From assembly GCA_007126465.1 (NCBI GenBank), contig SLBE01000046.1, positions 1 through 25,490 on the forward strand: a DNA stretch of 25,490 nt. The letters run 5' to 3'. The stretch comes from Syntrophomonadaceae bacterium. Lineage in GTDB: Bacteria; Bacillota; Dethiobacteria; DTU022. The translations under genes and the position numbers were made by a program. The notes under the pieces are model-generated. The model saw nothing but the letters and a program-made list of their open reading frames with translations, did no database searches and was not told where the DNA came from. Of the stretch, positions 16,521 to 25,490 are shown piece by piece; position 1 is the first letter of the stretch; the number at the start of each line of letters is the position of its first letter.

Positions 16521-17483
16521 ATGAAGCTATCGAAAAAATTAAAGCTAAGAATGTTAGAGCAAATGCTGCTAACTCGCTATTTTGAAGAAAAAGTTGATGA
16601 GCTTTTTGCCAAGGGATTGATCCATGGAACCACTCATCTTTCAATCGGAGAAGAAGCGATGGCGGCAGGACCGGTAAACGCCTTAAAAGCAGATGACTTT
16701 ATGGCCATTACTCACCGTGGGCACGGTTCCTGTATAGCTAAGGGTGCTGATATTAATATCATGATGGCTGAGTTAATGGGCAAAGAAACAGGTTATTGTA
16801 AAGGTAAAGGCGGTTCCATTCATGTTGCTAACCTGGAAGAAGGTAATCTTGGGGCAAACGGTATAGTGGGTGGTGGAATCCCTATTGCTACTGGAGCCGC
16901 ACTTGCACAGAAAATGCAAAACACCGGTAAAATTGTCCTTTGCTTTTTTGGTGATGGTGCATCTAATGAAGGAACATTTCATGAATCACTAAATATGGCC
17001 TCTATCTGGCAGTTGCCTATTGTTTACGTTTGCGTTAATAACATGTATGGGATGTCTACGTGCATTGACGATGTTTGCCCTACAAATAACATTTCTGATC
17101 GTGCATCTGCTTACCAGATGGAAGGTATTACAATCGATGGTAACGATGTTCTTGAGATGTTTGAGGTTACGAATAATGCTGTTATAAAAGCACGTAAGGG
17201 TCAGGGGCCTACGTTGATTGAAGGCTTAACTTACAGGTGGAAAGGTCATTCGAAAAGTGATGCTAACTTGTATCGGACCAGGGAAGAGATAGAAGAGTGG
17301 AAAAAGAAATGCCCAATCAAGCGCTTCCAGACCTATTTAATCGAACAAAAAATCATGTCTGAGGAAGAGATTAAAAAAATGGAAGAATCATCCCTTGAAA
17401 CAATTGAGAGGGCTGTGGAGTTTGCTGAGCAAAGTCCTTATCCCAGCTTAGATGCACTGGAAGAAGACCTCTATGCTTATTAA
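16521..17483 (+). CDS. TPP-dependent 2-oxoacid/acetoin dehydrogenase-like E1 alpha subunit
   Basis: THRGHG, GKGGSIH, TPP-binding GDGASNEG...NN, YRWKGHSKSD. Substrate not determinable from sequence. Confidence 0.92.
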   Translation: MKLSKKLKLRMLEQMLLTRYFEEKVDELFAKGLIHGTTHLSIGEEAMAAGPVNALKADDFMAITHRGHGSCIAKGADINIMMAELMGKETGYCKGKGGSIHVANLEEGNLGANGIVGGGIPIATGAALAQKMQNTGKIVLCFFGDGASNEGTFHESLNMASIWQLPIVYVCVNNMYGMSTCIDDVCPTNNISDRASAYQMEGITIDGNDVLEMFEVTNNAVIKARKGQGPTLIEGLTYRWKGHSKSDANLYRTREEIEEWKKKCPIKRFQTYLIEQKIMSEEEIKKMEESSLETIERAVEFAEQSPYPSLDALEEDLYAY

Positions 17484-17525
17484 TTGGAGTATTTAATATC
17501 TACCATAGACGGAGAGTGATGTTAC

Positions 17526-18506
17526 ATGGAAGAGATAACCTATGGCCAGGCGGTTCGTGATGCTATGAGGGAAGAACTGCAGCGTGATGAAAATGTTTTT
17601 TTGATGGGTGAAGATATAGGGGTCTACGGAGGAGCTTTCGGCATTACCTTTGGTATGATTGATGAGTTTGGACCTGACCGTGTTAGAGATACACCTATAT
17701 CCGAGGCAGCTATAGTAGGAGCTGGTGTCGGGGCAGCGATGGTTGGTATGCGCCCTATCGTTGAGATTATGTTTAGCGACTTCCTTACCCTGGCCAGTGA
17801 TCAAATTATGAATCAAGCTGCAAAAATCCATTATATGCTTGGTGGCAAAGCTAAGGTGCCCCTGGTTGTAAGAACACCAGGTGGTTCCGGAACAGGTGCA
17901 GCTGCTCAGCATTCTCAAAGCCTTGAAGCACTATTTGCCCATATACCGGGCCTTAAAGTAGTTATGCCATCTAGCCCATATGATGTTAAAGGTCTTTTGA
18001 AGACAGCAATTCGTGACGACAACCCTGTTGTTTTTTTTGAACACAAACTATTGTATTCAAAAAAAGGAGAGGTTCCGGATACAGACTATACTGTTCCCTT
18101 CGGCGAAGCAGAGATAAAACGGTCTGGATCAGATATCACAGTTTTTGCAACATCAATCATGGTACACAGGGCTCTCGAAGCAGCGGAGCAGCTGGCAAAT
18201 GAAAATATTAGTGTCGAAGTAATAGATCCAAAAACACTTGTGCCACTGGATACTGAAACCATTGTTAAATCGGTTATAAAGACCGGCCGCCTGATGATTG
18301 TTCAGGAAGCCTGTAAAAGAGGCGGATTTGCCTCTGAAGTTGTAGCAGAGGTTGTTGAAAGTGAAGCTTTTGGTTATTTAGATGCACCGATTACAAGGGT
18401 CGCCGGTAAAAATATTCCCATACCATATTCAAAAAAACTAGAAGCGGCAGCTGTTCCACAGGTAGAAGATATAGTTAAAGCAGTAAAAGAAGAGCTCTTA
18501 CAGTAG
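17526..18506 (+). CDS. TPP-dependent dehydrogenase E1 beta subunit
   Basis: [50 protein letters not shown]. Confidence 0.93.
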   Translation: MEEITYGQAVRDAMREELQRDENVFLMGEDIGVYGGAFGITFGMIDEFGPDRVRDTPISEAAIVGAGVGAAMVGMRPIVEIMFSDFLTLASDQIMNQAAKIHYMLGGKAKVPLVVRTPGGSGTGAAAQHSQSLEALFAHIPGLKVVMPSSPYDVKGLLKTAIRDDNPVVFFEHKLLYSKKGEVPDTDYTVPFGEAEIKRSGSDITVFATSIMVHRALEAAEQLANENISVEVIDPKTLVPLDTETIVKSVIKTGRLMIVQEACKRGGFASEVVAEVVESEAFGYLDAPITRVAGKNIPIPYSKKLEAAAVPQVEDIVKAVKEELLQ

Positions 18507-18518
18507 GGAGGCAGTTTG

Positions 18519-19817
18519 ATGGCAGTTGAAATACTGATGCCCAAGATGGGCATGACAATGGAAGAAGGAACAATTCTTAAGTGGGTTAAACAAATTGGCG
18601 ATGAAATTGTCAAAGGGGAAGTTGTCCTCGAGATTCAGACTGATAAGGTAAAAATGGATGTAGAGGCACCAGCTGATGGAGTGTTATTAAAAATTGTCGC
18701 AGCTGAAGGTTCCGTGGTACCGGTTAATACCCCTATTGCATATATAGGAGAAGCAGGAGAAACTGTAGCTGAAGAAGAGCAACCTGCCAGTGTAGCTGAT
18801 AGCTCATCAGCAGAAACTGCAGAAGAAGTAAAAACTCATGGCCCTGTTAAAGCAACTTCCAGCGTTGATAGTGAAAAATGTAAAGCAACGCCTGCAGCAA
18901 AAAGGATGGCTGCAGAAAAAGGAATTGATTTGCAAAATATAACTCCTGGATCGACTGATGGAATGATTAGGGTAAAAGATCTGGACGCGGTTAAAGCCAC
19001 CCCACTGGCCCAGAAGATTGCTCATGATCAGGGTATAGATCTCAGTGCTGTTAAAGGTAGTGGTGTTCATGGAAAAATCACCAAAGAAGATCTTCTTTCA
19101 GATTCTGCCATAAGAAGTAGTGATGATGAACAAAGCAGTGTAACGCCGCTGGCTGGTTTACGCAAAGTAATTGCTGAACGAATGAGTCTTTCATGGCATG
19201 AAGCTCCTCATGCATTTATCAGCCTTGAGGTGGATATGACTGCAATGGCAAATCTAAGGTCAGAAATACTAAAAGATCTGGAGGAAAAGACCGGGAACAA
19301 AGTTTCATATAACCACCTGTTAATCAAGGTAGTCGCTCGAGCATTAAGAGATAACCCGGCAGTGAATGCCAGGTTCATTGATAATGGAATAGATTTTTCT
19401 GAAGATGTAAATATTGGTGTTGCTGTTGCTGCAGAGGAAGGCTTAATTGTGCCTGTACTGCATAAAGCGGACAAATTAAACATAGAAGAGGTTGTTCTTA
19501 ATACTAATGAACTAATTGAGAAGGCTCGCAATGGTGAACTTGTATTAAAAGAGTTGGAAGGCGGGACTTTTACAATCAGTAATCTTGGTATGTTCGGTAT
19601 TACCATGTTTGGACCGATTTTGAATCCCCCGGAAGTGGGGATCCTCGGTGCAGGGAAAATAATTGACAGTCCGGTAGTGGAAAATGGAAATGTCGTGGTT
19701 AAGCCGATAATGACTTTGTCTTTATCATTTGATCACCGGGCCCTGGATGGAGCACAGGCGTCCCTCTTTTTATCGCGTGTCAGGGATTTAATGGAATCAC
19801 CGGCGAAGTTACTATAA
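18519..19817 (+). CDS. Dihydrolipoamide acyltransferase E2 (one lipoyl domain, two peripheral-subunit-binding domains)
   Basis: Lipoyl motif EIQTDKV, two ATP.A.+.A...GIDL repeats, GGTFTISNLG, catalytic DHRALDG. Confidence 0.93.
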   Translation: MAVEILMPKMGMTMEEGTILKWVKQIGDEIVKGEVVLEIQTDKVKMDVEAPADGVLLKIVAAEGSVVPVNTPIAYIGEAGETVAEEEQPASVADSSSAETAEEVKTHGPVKATSSVDSEKCKATPAAKRMAAEKGIDLQNITPGSTDGMIRVKDLDAVKATPLAQKIAHDQGIDLSAVKGSGVHGKITKEDLLSDSAIRSSDDEQSSVTPLAGLRKVIAERMSLSWHEAPHAFISLEVDMTAMANLRSEILKDLEEKTGNKVSYNHLLIKVVARALRDNPAVNARFIDNGIDFSEDVNIGVAVAAEEGLIVPVLHKADKLNIEEVVLNTNELIEKARNGELVLKELEGGTFTISNLGMFGITMFGPILNPPEVGILGAGKIIDSPVVENGNVVVKPIMTLSLSFDHRALDGAQASLFLSRVRDLMESPAKLL

Positions 19818-19860
19818 AAGAGTAATGGAAATACACAGAGCAATGGAGGACACAGATCAG

Positions 19861-21246
19861 ATGGATTATGATATTTTGGTACTGGGCGGCGGAATAGGTG
19901 GCTATGTTGCTGCAATCAGGGCTGCGAAAGGTGGGGCGAAAGTTGCCCTGGTAGAAAAAAACCATATTGGTGGAACCTGTCTTAATTATGGCTGCATTCC
20001 AACCAAGTCCCTGATACGCAGTGCAGAAGTACTAGATACAGTAAAAAATGCAAGTGATTTTGGTGTAAAAGCTACCGGGGCAGAGCTAGACCTGGAATCG
20101 GTAATTAAACGTAAAGACAATATTGTAAAAATGTTGACTGAAGGTGTTGAAGGCCTGTTAAATGCCAACCAGATTACCATTTATAACAGCATGGGTAATG
20201 TTAAGGATGCCAGGACAGTTGAAGTAAAAGATAGCAGCGGAAAGAGCTTAGACCTTACTACTAATAAATTAATTATTGCAACAGGTTCAGTAACAACAAT
20301 TCCGAATATTCCTGGCGTGGATTTGCCAGGTGTTATAACCAGCAAGGAAGTGTTGAATATAACAGATCTGCCTGAAGAGGTTTGTATCGTTGGCGGAGGA
20401 GTAATAGGATTAGAGTTTGCTTACATACTAAATGCTTTCGGGGCAAAGGTTACCGTTTTGGAATTATTGCCCGAAATATTACCTAAAGCTGAACGTGAGC
20501 TGGTCAATTATTTGCTGGATTCTTTTCGGGAAAAAGGCATTAGCATTCTTACCAAGGCCCAGGTTAATGCTATTGAAGAGAGTGAACCCGGTATGAATGT
20601 TATGTTTTACCACAACGATGAAGAAAAAACGCTTCAGTCCGGTTTAGTTTTAATGGCGGTGGGCCGTGAACCCAACCTTGCAGGTCTGGATGCTCTTAAT
20701 TTAAAAAGAAATTCAAGTAAGGGGATAATCGTAAATAGCTCCATGGAAACTTCCTTGCCTGGAGTTTATGCTATCGGAGATGTAACAGGTGGTGTCCAAC
20801 TGGCACATGTTGCAACTGCTCAGGGTATAGTAGCTGCAGAAAATGCTCTTGGTGAAGAAGCGAAATTTAATAGCAACAGCATCCCTTATTGCATTTATAG
20901 CAAACCTGAAATGGCCTGGGTAGGCTTAACGGAAGAAGAAGCAAAAGAAAAGTATGGCCGGATAAAAGTAGGCCGGTTTCCTTTTACCGGTAGTGGTAAG
21001 GCCATGGTTTATGGTGATACCTCCGGCCTGGTTAAGATGATTATAGATGAGAAATATGGTGAAATTGTCGGTCTACATCTAATTGGGCCCGAAGCGACCA
21101 ATATGATTGCCGAAGGTGTTTTGGCCAGAATGTTGGAAGCAACAGTGATTGAGCTGGCAGCTACGATTCATCCCCATCCAACGTTGTCTGAAGTTTTAAT
21201 GGAAGCTGCTCATATGACGCTTGACCAGGGCATTCATTATATTTAG
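19861..21246 (+). CDS. lpdA: Dihydrolipoyl dehydrogenase E3
   Basis: GGGIGG FAD site, redox disulfide GGTCLNYGCIPTK, GGGVIG NAD site, HPHPTLSE. ATG 19861 follows GGAGG (ORF opens at 19825). Confidence 0.95.
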   Translation: MDYDILVLGGGIGGYVAAIRAAKGGAKVALVEKNHIGGTCLNYGCIPTKSLIRSAEVLDTVKNASDFGVKATGAELDLESVIKRKDNIVKMLTEGVEGLLNANQITIYNSMGNVKDARTVEVKDSSGKSLDLTTNKLIIATGSVTTIPNIPGVDLPGVITSKEVLNITDLPEEVCIVGGGVIGLEFAYILNAFGAKVTVLELLPEILPKAERELVNYLLDSFREKGISILTKAQVNAIEESEPGMNVMFYHNDEEKTLQSGLVLMAVGREPNLAGLDALNLKRNSSKGIIVNSSMETSLPGVYAIGDVTGGVQLAHVATAQGIVAAENALGEEAKFNSNSIPYCIYSKPEMAWVGLTEEEAKEKYGRIKVGRFPFTGSGKAMVYGDTSGLVKMIIDEKYGEIVGLHLIGPEATNMIAEGVLARMLEATVIELAATIHPHPTLSEVLMEAAHMTLDQGIHYI

Positions 21247-21289
21247 CAGTTGAAACAAATATTATTGACCCTTGAAAGGATGACAGAAA

Positions 21290-21574
21290 ATGCAACAAAA
21301 TTCTGTAGAAGTACTTATTACGAATAAATCTGGGCTTCACGCAAGGCCCGCATCTCTTTTTGTACAGGAAGCAAATAAGTATAAATCCGAAATTGAGATA
21401 AATTGCAAAGACAAAACAGTTAATGCAAAAAGTATACTTAGTATACTTGGCTTGGGTGCCAATAAAGGAAGCACAATCGTTATTAGTGCTGAAGGTGAAG
21501 ATGCAGGAGTTGCTTTAAGTGGCCTAAAAGAATTTTTGGAAAAAGAATTACCCAGGGTGGATGGTGCGGAATGA
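21290..21574 (+). CDS. ptsH: Phosphocarrier protein HPr
   Basis: GLHARPA (His15) and NAKSILSIL (Ser46) motifs. Confidence 0.93.
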   Translation: MQQNSVEVLITNKSGLHARPASLFVQEANKYKSEIEINCKDKTVNAKSILSILGLGANKGSTIVISAEGEDAGVALSGLKEFLEKELPRVDGAE

Positions 21575-23301
21575 TTACTCTTAATGGAATTGGTGCATCG
21601 CCGGGGATAGTTGTTGGCAAAGCAGCTTTGATCAGGGATAGGGAAATCGAGCTGACACATGAGAAAATTATGCCAGAGGAGACAGCTCAGGAAATTGAGC
21701 GCTTCGATGCTGCCATTACAAAAGCTAAAGAGGAGATAAAGGTAATTAGGGATCAAGCTGAGCAGAATATTGGCAGTGAAGAAGCAGCTGTCTTTACTGC
21801 ACACTTGATGATATTAGATGATCCTGAATTGGTGCAGGGTGTTGTATCAAAAATCAAGAATGAGCTGATCAGTGCGGAAAATGCTGTTAATGAGGTTGTT
21901 AAAAATTATATAGAAATGCTGTCAGCTTTAGATGATGAATATATAAAAGCCAGGGTTGCCGACATCGAAGATATCGGTCAGCGTTTGCTATTGTTGCTTA
22001 CTGGTACCGAGAAAACTAACGTTGAATTAGACAAAGAAACAATCTTAATAGCGAAAGATCTGAGTCCATCAGACACTGCACAATTAAACGCTGATTTAAT
22101 CCTTGCTTTTGCAACGCAGTCCGGTTCACGTTCTTCCCATACAGCTATTCTTGCCCGATGCCTTGGAATTCCTGCCGCGGTAGGTCTTGGAGAAAAGCTA
22201 TTGGAGGTAGTGACTGAGGGTGACATAATTATTGTTGATGGCAATGATGGAGTTGTCATAGTAGATCCTGACCAAACGGTGCTTAAAGATTACCAAAGAA
22301 AAATTGAGATGGAAGAAAAAGAAAAGTTGCGTCTTACGGAATATAAGCATAAGTCAGCGACTACTGCAGATGGGCTGAGAATAAAAATAATGGGAAATAT
22401 TGGTGCAGTTAATGAAGCAGATGCTGTTTTGAAAAATGGAGGAGAAGGTTCAGGGCTATTTCGGACAGAGTTTCTTTACATGGAAAATGAAGAATCTCTA
22501 CCTTCGGAAGAACAACAGTACCTGTCATATAAAGCGGTGGCTGAGAAGATGAATGGTAAAGAAGTGGTAATTCGCACACTTGATATTGGTGGTGATAAAG
22601 AGCTTGCATCACTCAATCTGGCATGTGAAGAAAACCCTTTTCTTGGTTACAGAGCTATAAGAATATGTTTAGACCGGGAAGATATTTTTAAGCCTCAACT
22701 TAGGGCTATTTTAAGAGCGAGTGTTTTTGGTGATTTAAAAGTAATGTTTCCTATGATCGCAGGCCTTGAGGAATTAAGAAAGGCCCTGTATTTCTTGAAT
22801 GAAGCCAAGCAAGAATTGAAAAATGAAGAAATTCCATTCAAACATGATATTGAAGTTGGGATTATGATCGAGGTGCCTTCTGCTGCTTTAATGGCAGACA
22901 CACTGGCTAAAGAGGTTGACTTTTTTAGTATTGGCACCAATGATCTCGTTCAGTATACACTGGCTGCAGATCGAAATAATGAGAAAGTGTCAGCAGCATA
23001 TAACCATTATCATCCCGCTGTTTTAAAGCTGATAAAAATTGTTGCAGATGCTGCTCATAATAATGGTATATGGGTGGGGATGTGCGGTGAAGCATCCGGA
23101 GATGAGCTTTTGCTGCCACTTTGGGTTAGCTTTCGTTTTGATGAATTGAGTATGAGTTCTGTTTCTATCCTTAAAGCAAAAGAAATTATTAGCTTATGGA
23201 GTGCTAAAGAAGCAGAACTGCTATCAGAAAAAGTATTAACTGCAGATACAGCTACCGAAGTTAAACAGCTTTTAGCATCAGCTTCAAAAGATAACTCATA
23301 A
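21571..23301 (+). CDS. ptsI: PTS Enzyme I (PEP-protein phosphotransferase)
   Basis: GIGASPG, SHTAILAR (phospho-His), GLFRTEFLY, RTLDIGGDK, ENPFLGYRAIR, FSIGTNDL, GMCGE. Confidence 0.96.
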   Translation: MITLNGIGASPGIVVGKAALIRDREIELTHEKIMPEETAQEIERFDAAITKAKEEIKVIRDQAEQNIGSEEAAVFTAHLMILDDPELVQGVVSKIKNELISAENAVNEVVKNYIEMLSALDDEYIKARVADIEDIGQRLLLLLTGTEKTNVELDKETILIAKDLSPSDTAQLNADLILAFATQSGSRSSHTAILARCLGIPAAVGLGEKLLEVVTEGDIIIVDGNDGVVIVDPDQTVLKDYQRKIEMEEKEKLRLTEYKHKSATTADGLRIKIMGNIGAVNEADAVLKNGGEGSGLFRTEFLYMENEESLPSEEQQYLSYKAVAEKMNGKEVVIRTLDIGGDKELASLNLACEENPFLGYRAIRICLDREDIFKPQLRAILRASVFGDLKVMFPMIAGLEELRKALYFLNEAKQELKNEEIPFKHDIEVGIMIEVPSAALMADTLAKEVDFFSIGTNDLVQYTLAADRNNEKVSAAYNHYHPAVLKLIKIVADAAHNNGIWVGMCGEASGDELLLPLWVSFRFDELSMSSVSILKAKEIISLWSAKEAELLSEKVLTADTATEVKQLLASASKDNS

Positions 23302-23421
23302 CCATCATTTTGTTACATATTATTGGTAGCCATCAAAGCTCAAGTTAGCTTCTATATTATTTGATTTTTAATCCCGTAGTAAAATAAGCACTTTTCAAAC
23401 TAGCAAATGGAGGCACAGTTA

Positions 23422-24102
23422 ATGCCAGAAAAGGTTGCATATGTTTTAGATTTTGATGGAACTATAACAACAAAGGATATTTCAAAAGAGCTGGCAATAC
23501 ATTATAATGAGGATCAGTTTTGGATAATTCACAATGCCTATAAAAAGGGTGAGCTAGGAATGCGTGACTGGTTAGAGCAGTCAGCAGCGTTACTGCCATC
23601 TAACTATGACCAGTTAATTACAACAGCTTTGAATTATGCTACTGTTAGACCCGGATTAACAGATTTTTTGGATTATGCTGCTTCTCAATCAAGGCCGGTG
23701 GTAATTGCCAGTGATGGATTTGGGTTTTATATTGAACCAATTTTAGAATCTGCTGGCATGTTAGATAAAATTACTGGAATCTATAGAAATGATCTTGCGT
23801 TAGATGATCATTGTCTGCCCTTCGTGCGATATCTACATGGTCACAATAATTGCAAGATATGCGGTAATTGTAAGGCTAACCATGTTAATGATTTCGTAAA
23901 TAGCGGATTCCAGGTTGTATTTGTTGGAGACGGGACTAATGATATATACGGTGCTTCAGTTGCGAATTATATCGCAGCCAGGGATCGCCTTGCAGATCTT
24001 TGCAGCATTAGAGAGTTGAATTATCATTCCTGGGAAGATTATTTCGATCTGATCAAGATTAGCAATCTATTATTTTCGCAGGGATTTCAAGGTGCAAGTT
24101 GA
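23422..24102 (+). CDS. HAD-superfamily phosphatase, MtnX-like
   Basis: DFDGTIT nucleophile motif, IASDG, C..CGNCK, VGDGTND. ATG 23422 follows GGAGG (ORF opens at 23407). Confidence 0.85.
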   Translation: MPEKVAYVLDFDGTITTKDISKELAIHYNEDQFWIIHNAYKKGELGMRDWLEQSAALLPSNYDQLITTALNYATVRPGLTDFLDYAASQSRPVVIASDGFGFYIEPILESAGMLDKITGIYRNDLALDDHCLPFVRYLHGHNNCKICGNCKANHVNDFVNSGFQVVFVGDGTNDIYGASVANYIAARDRLADLCSIRELNYHSWEDYFDLIKISNLLFSQGFQGAS

Positions 24103-24180
24103 ATATTTAATTATTAACAATTAAAAACCTTGTATTGCGAAACTCTTAAGCAGATATGCAAGAGATTAAAGGAGCTAATT

Positions 24181-25490
24181 ATGACAGATATAAATGAATC
24201 TGGAGCTAAATCAAATTTTATTTACACCATGATCAGGGAAGATCTTGCCAAAGGTAGGTTGGGGGACAATCCGGTTCACACCCGCTTCCCACCCGAACCT
24301 AACGGTTACCTGCATATTGGTCATGCCAAGGCAATCCTGCTAAATTATTTTATTGCCAGGGATTTTCAGGGCAAATTTAACCTGCGTTTTGATGATACCA
24401 ACCCGATCAAAGAAGAGCAGGAATTCGTTGATTCAATTATTGACGATATACGCTGGCTTGGTGCGGATTGGGAAGATCGTCTATTTTTCAGCTCTGACTA
24501 TTTTGAAGTAAAGTATCAGTTTGCCTGCCGCCTGATCGAGGCCGGCATGGCTTACGTCTGTGATTTAAACCAGGAAGAGATCAGGGAATATCGTGGGACG
24601 CTGACCGAACCGGGAACTGAAAGCCCCTATCGTAATCGTTCTGTGGAAGAAAACCTTGAACTATTTGAACGAATGCGTAAAGGAGAATTCCCCACGGGAA
24701 GCAGGGTTCTGAGGGCTAAAATAGATATGGCTTCTGGTAACCTTAACTTGCGAGATCCTGTTATCTACCGCATTTTACATGCCGATCACCACCGCACCGG
24801 TGACAAATGGTGCATTTACCCGATGTATGATTTCGATCACCCTTTTTCTGACTGCCTGGAAGGGATTACCCATTCTCTTTGTTCGATCGAATATACCGAT
24901 CACCGCCCTCTATATGACTGGATTGTCGATCGCGCTGTCGAACTTGTGCCGGAAGTGGTAAAATATCGCTCCCGCCAGACGGAATTTGCCCGTCTTAACA
25001 TGACTCATACCGTCATGAGTAAACGCAAGCTGCGCCGACTGGTTGAAGAGAAACATGTTTCCGGATGGGATGACCCCCGCATGCCGACCATAGCCGGTCT
25101 GCGCAGAAGAGGGATAACCCCGCAGGCGATTGCTGATTTCCAGGAAAGAGTTGGGGTGTCACGGGCAGAAAGTACCGTAGACCTGGCCATGTTGGAGCAT
25201 TGCATCCGCCAGGAGCTTGAAACTACAGCCCCACGCCTGATGGCTGTTCTTGATCCGGTCAAGGTAGTGATAACCAACTGGGCGGAAGGTAAGACCGAGA
25301 TGTGCAAAATGGAGAATCTGCCCGGCAATGAGAGTGCAGGTAAGCGTGAAGTGCCCTTTAGCAGGGAGATATATATTGAACGTGATGATTTTATGGAGGA
25401 CCCTCCGAAAAAATTTCACCGCCTCAGTCCCGGTAAAGAGGTCCGCCTTAAAGGCGCTTATGTGATTTGCTGCGAAGAAGTAATCAAGGA
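24181..25490 (+). CDS. glnS: Glutamine--tRNA ligase, 5' part (runs off right edge; absent from ORF track)
   Basis: My translation from ATG 24181 (AAGGAG RBS): MTDINES...[17 protein letters not shown]...LRFDDTNP...YPMYDF...EFARLN...MSKRKL...WDDPRMPT, containing the class I HIGH and MSK motifs typical of GlnRS. Confidence 0.95.
   Translation, partial: MTDINESGAKSNFIYTMIREDLAKGRLGDNPVHTRFPPEPNGYLHIGHAKAILLNYFIARDFQGKFNLRFDDTNPIKEEQEFVDSIIDDIRWLGADWEDRLFFSSDYFEVKYQFACRLIEAGMAYVCDLNQEEIREYRGTLTEPGTESPYRNRSVEENLELFERMRKGEFPTGSRVLRAKIDMASGNLNLRDPVIYRILHADHHRTGDKWCIYPMYDFDHPFSDCLEGITHSLCSIEYTDHRPLYDWIVDRAVELVPEVVKYRSRQTEFARLNMTHTVMSKRKLRRLVEEKHVSGWDDPRMPTIAGLRRRGITPQAIADFQERVGVSRAESTVDLAMLEHCIRQELETTAPRLMAVLDPVKVVITNWAEGKTEMCKMENLPGNESAGKREVPFSREIYIERDDFMEDPPKKFHRLSPGKEVRLKGAYVICCEEVIK

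Noticed and set aside
24103-24180. T-box leader for glnS
   Set aside because: The 78-bp gap is too short and no T-box consensus is visible.
101-25419. Many short or antisense ORFs in the track (e.g. 101-394, 4667-5059, 5976-6374, 12071-12538, 17493-17918, 21337-21804, 25005-25328, 25159-25419)
   Set aside because: They overlap well-supported genes on the opposite strand or in another frame and show no recognisable motifs or RBS. Treated as shadow ORFs.
1-25490. CRISPR array, rRNA/tRNA, IS element or integrase
   Set aside because: No spaced direct-repeat array, RNA-gene signature, terminal inverted repeats or recombinase ORF seen by eye.

Overview
Window from an anaerobic Bacillota (Clostridia/Dethiobacteria-like; inferred from gene content and promoter style). 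The left third is housekeeping-type: a MarR regulator with paired short-chain chromate transporters (minus strand), the AmmeMemoRadiSam triad, and the conserved cdaA-cdaR-glmM-glmS cluster. The right end is the 5' part of glnS, which runs off the window and is missing from the ORF track. Between them lies an apparently AT-richer accessory block (~9.0-24.1 kb). It holds a tandem Zn-ribbon hypothetical gene and then one long co-oriented operon (10.06-23.3 kb) behind a near-consensus sigmaA promoter with a SorC-type operator. The operon combines a class II aldolase-family enzyme lacking the usual catalytic Glu, a galactitol-family PTS (EIIB/C/A), a URO-D/MtaA-fold putative methyltransferase, two recently duplicated EIIB-like proteins with a displaced Cys, a corrinoid (B12) protein, a SorC/DeoR regulator, a four-subunit TPP/lipoamide dehydrogenase complex, and its own HPr and Enzyme I. 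An MtnX-like HAD phosphatase follows. I do not recognise this combination as a described pathway. The best hypothesis (inference) is PTS uptake, B12-dependent demethylation and TPP-dependent oxidative cleavage of a methylated sugar or polyol. No CRISPR array, rRNA, tRNA, transposase or integrase was seen.
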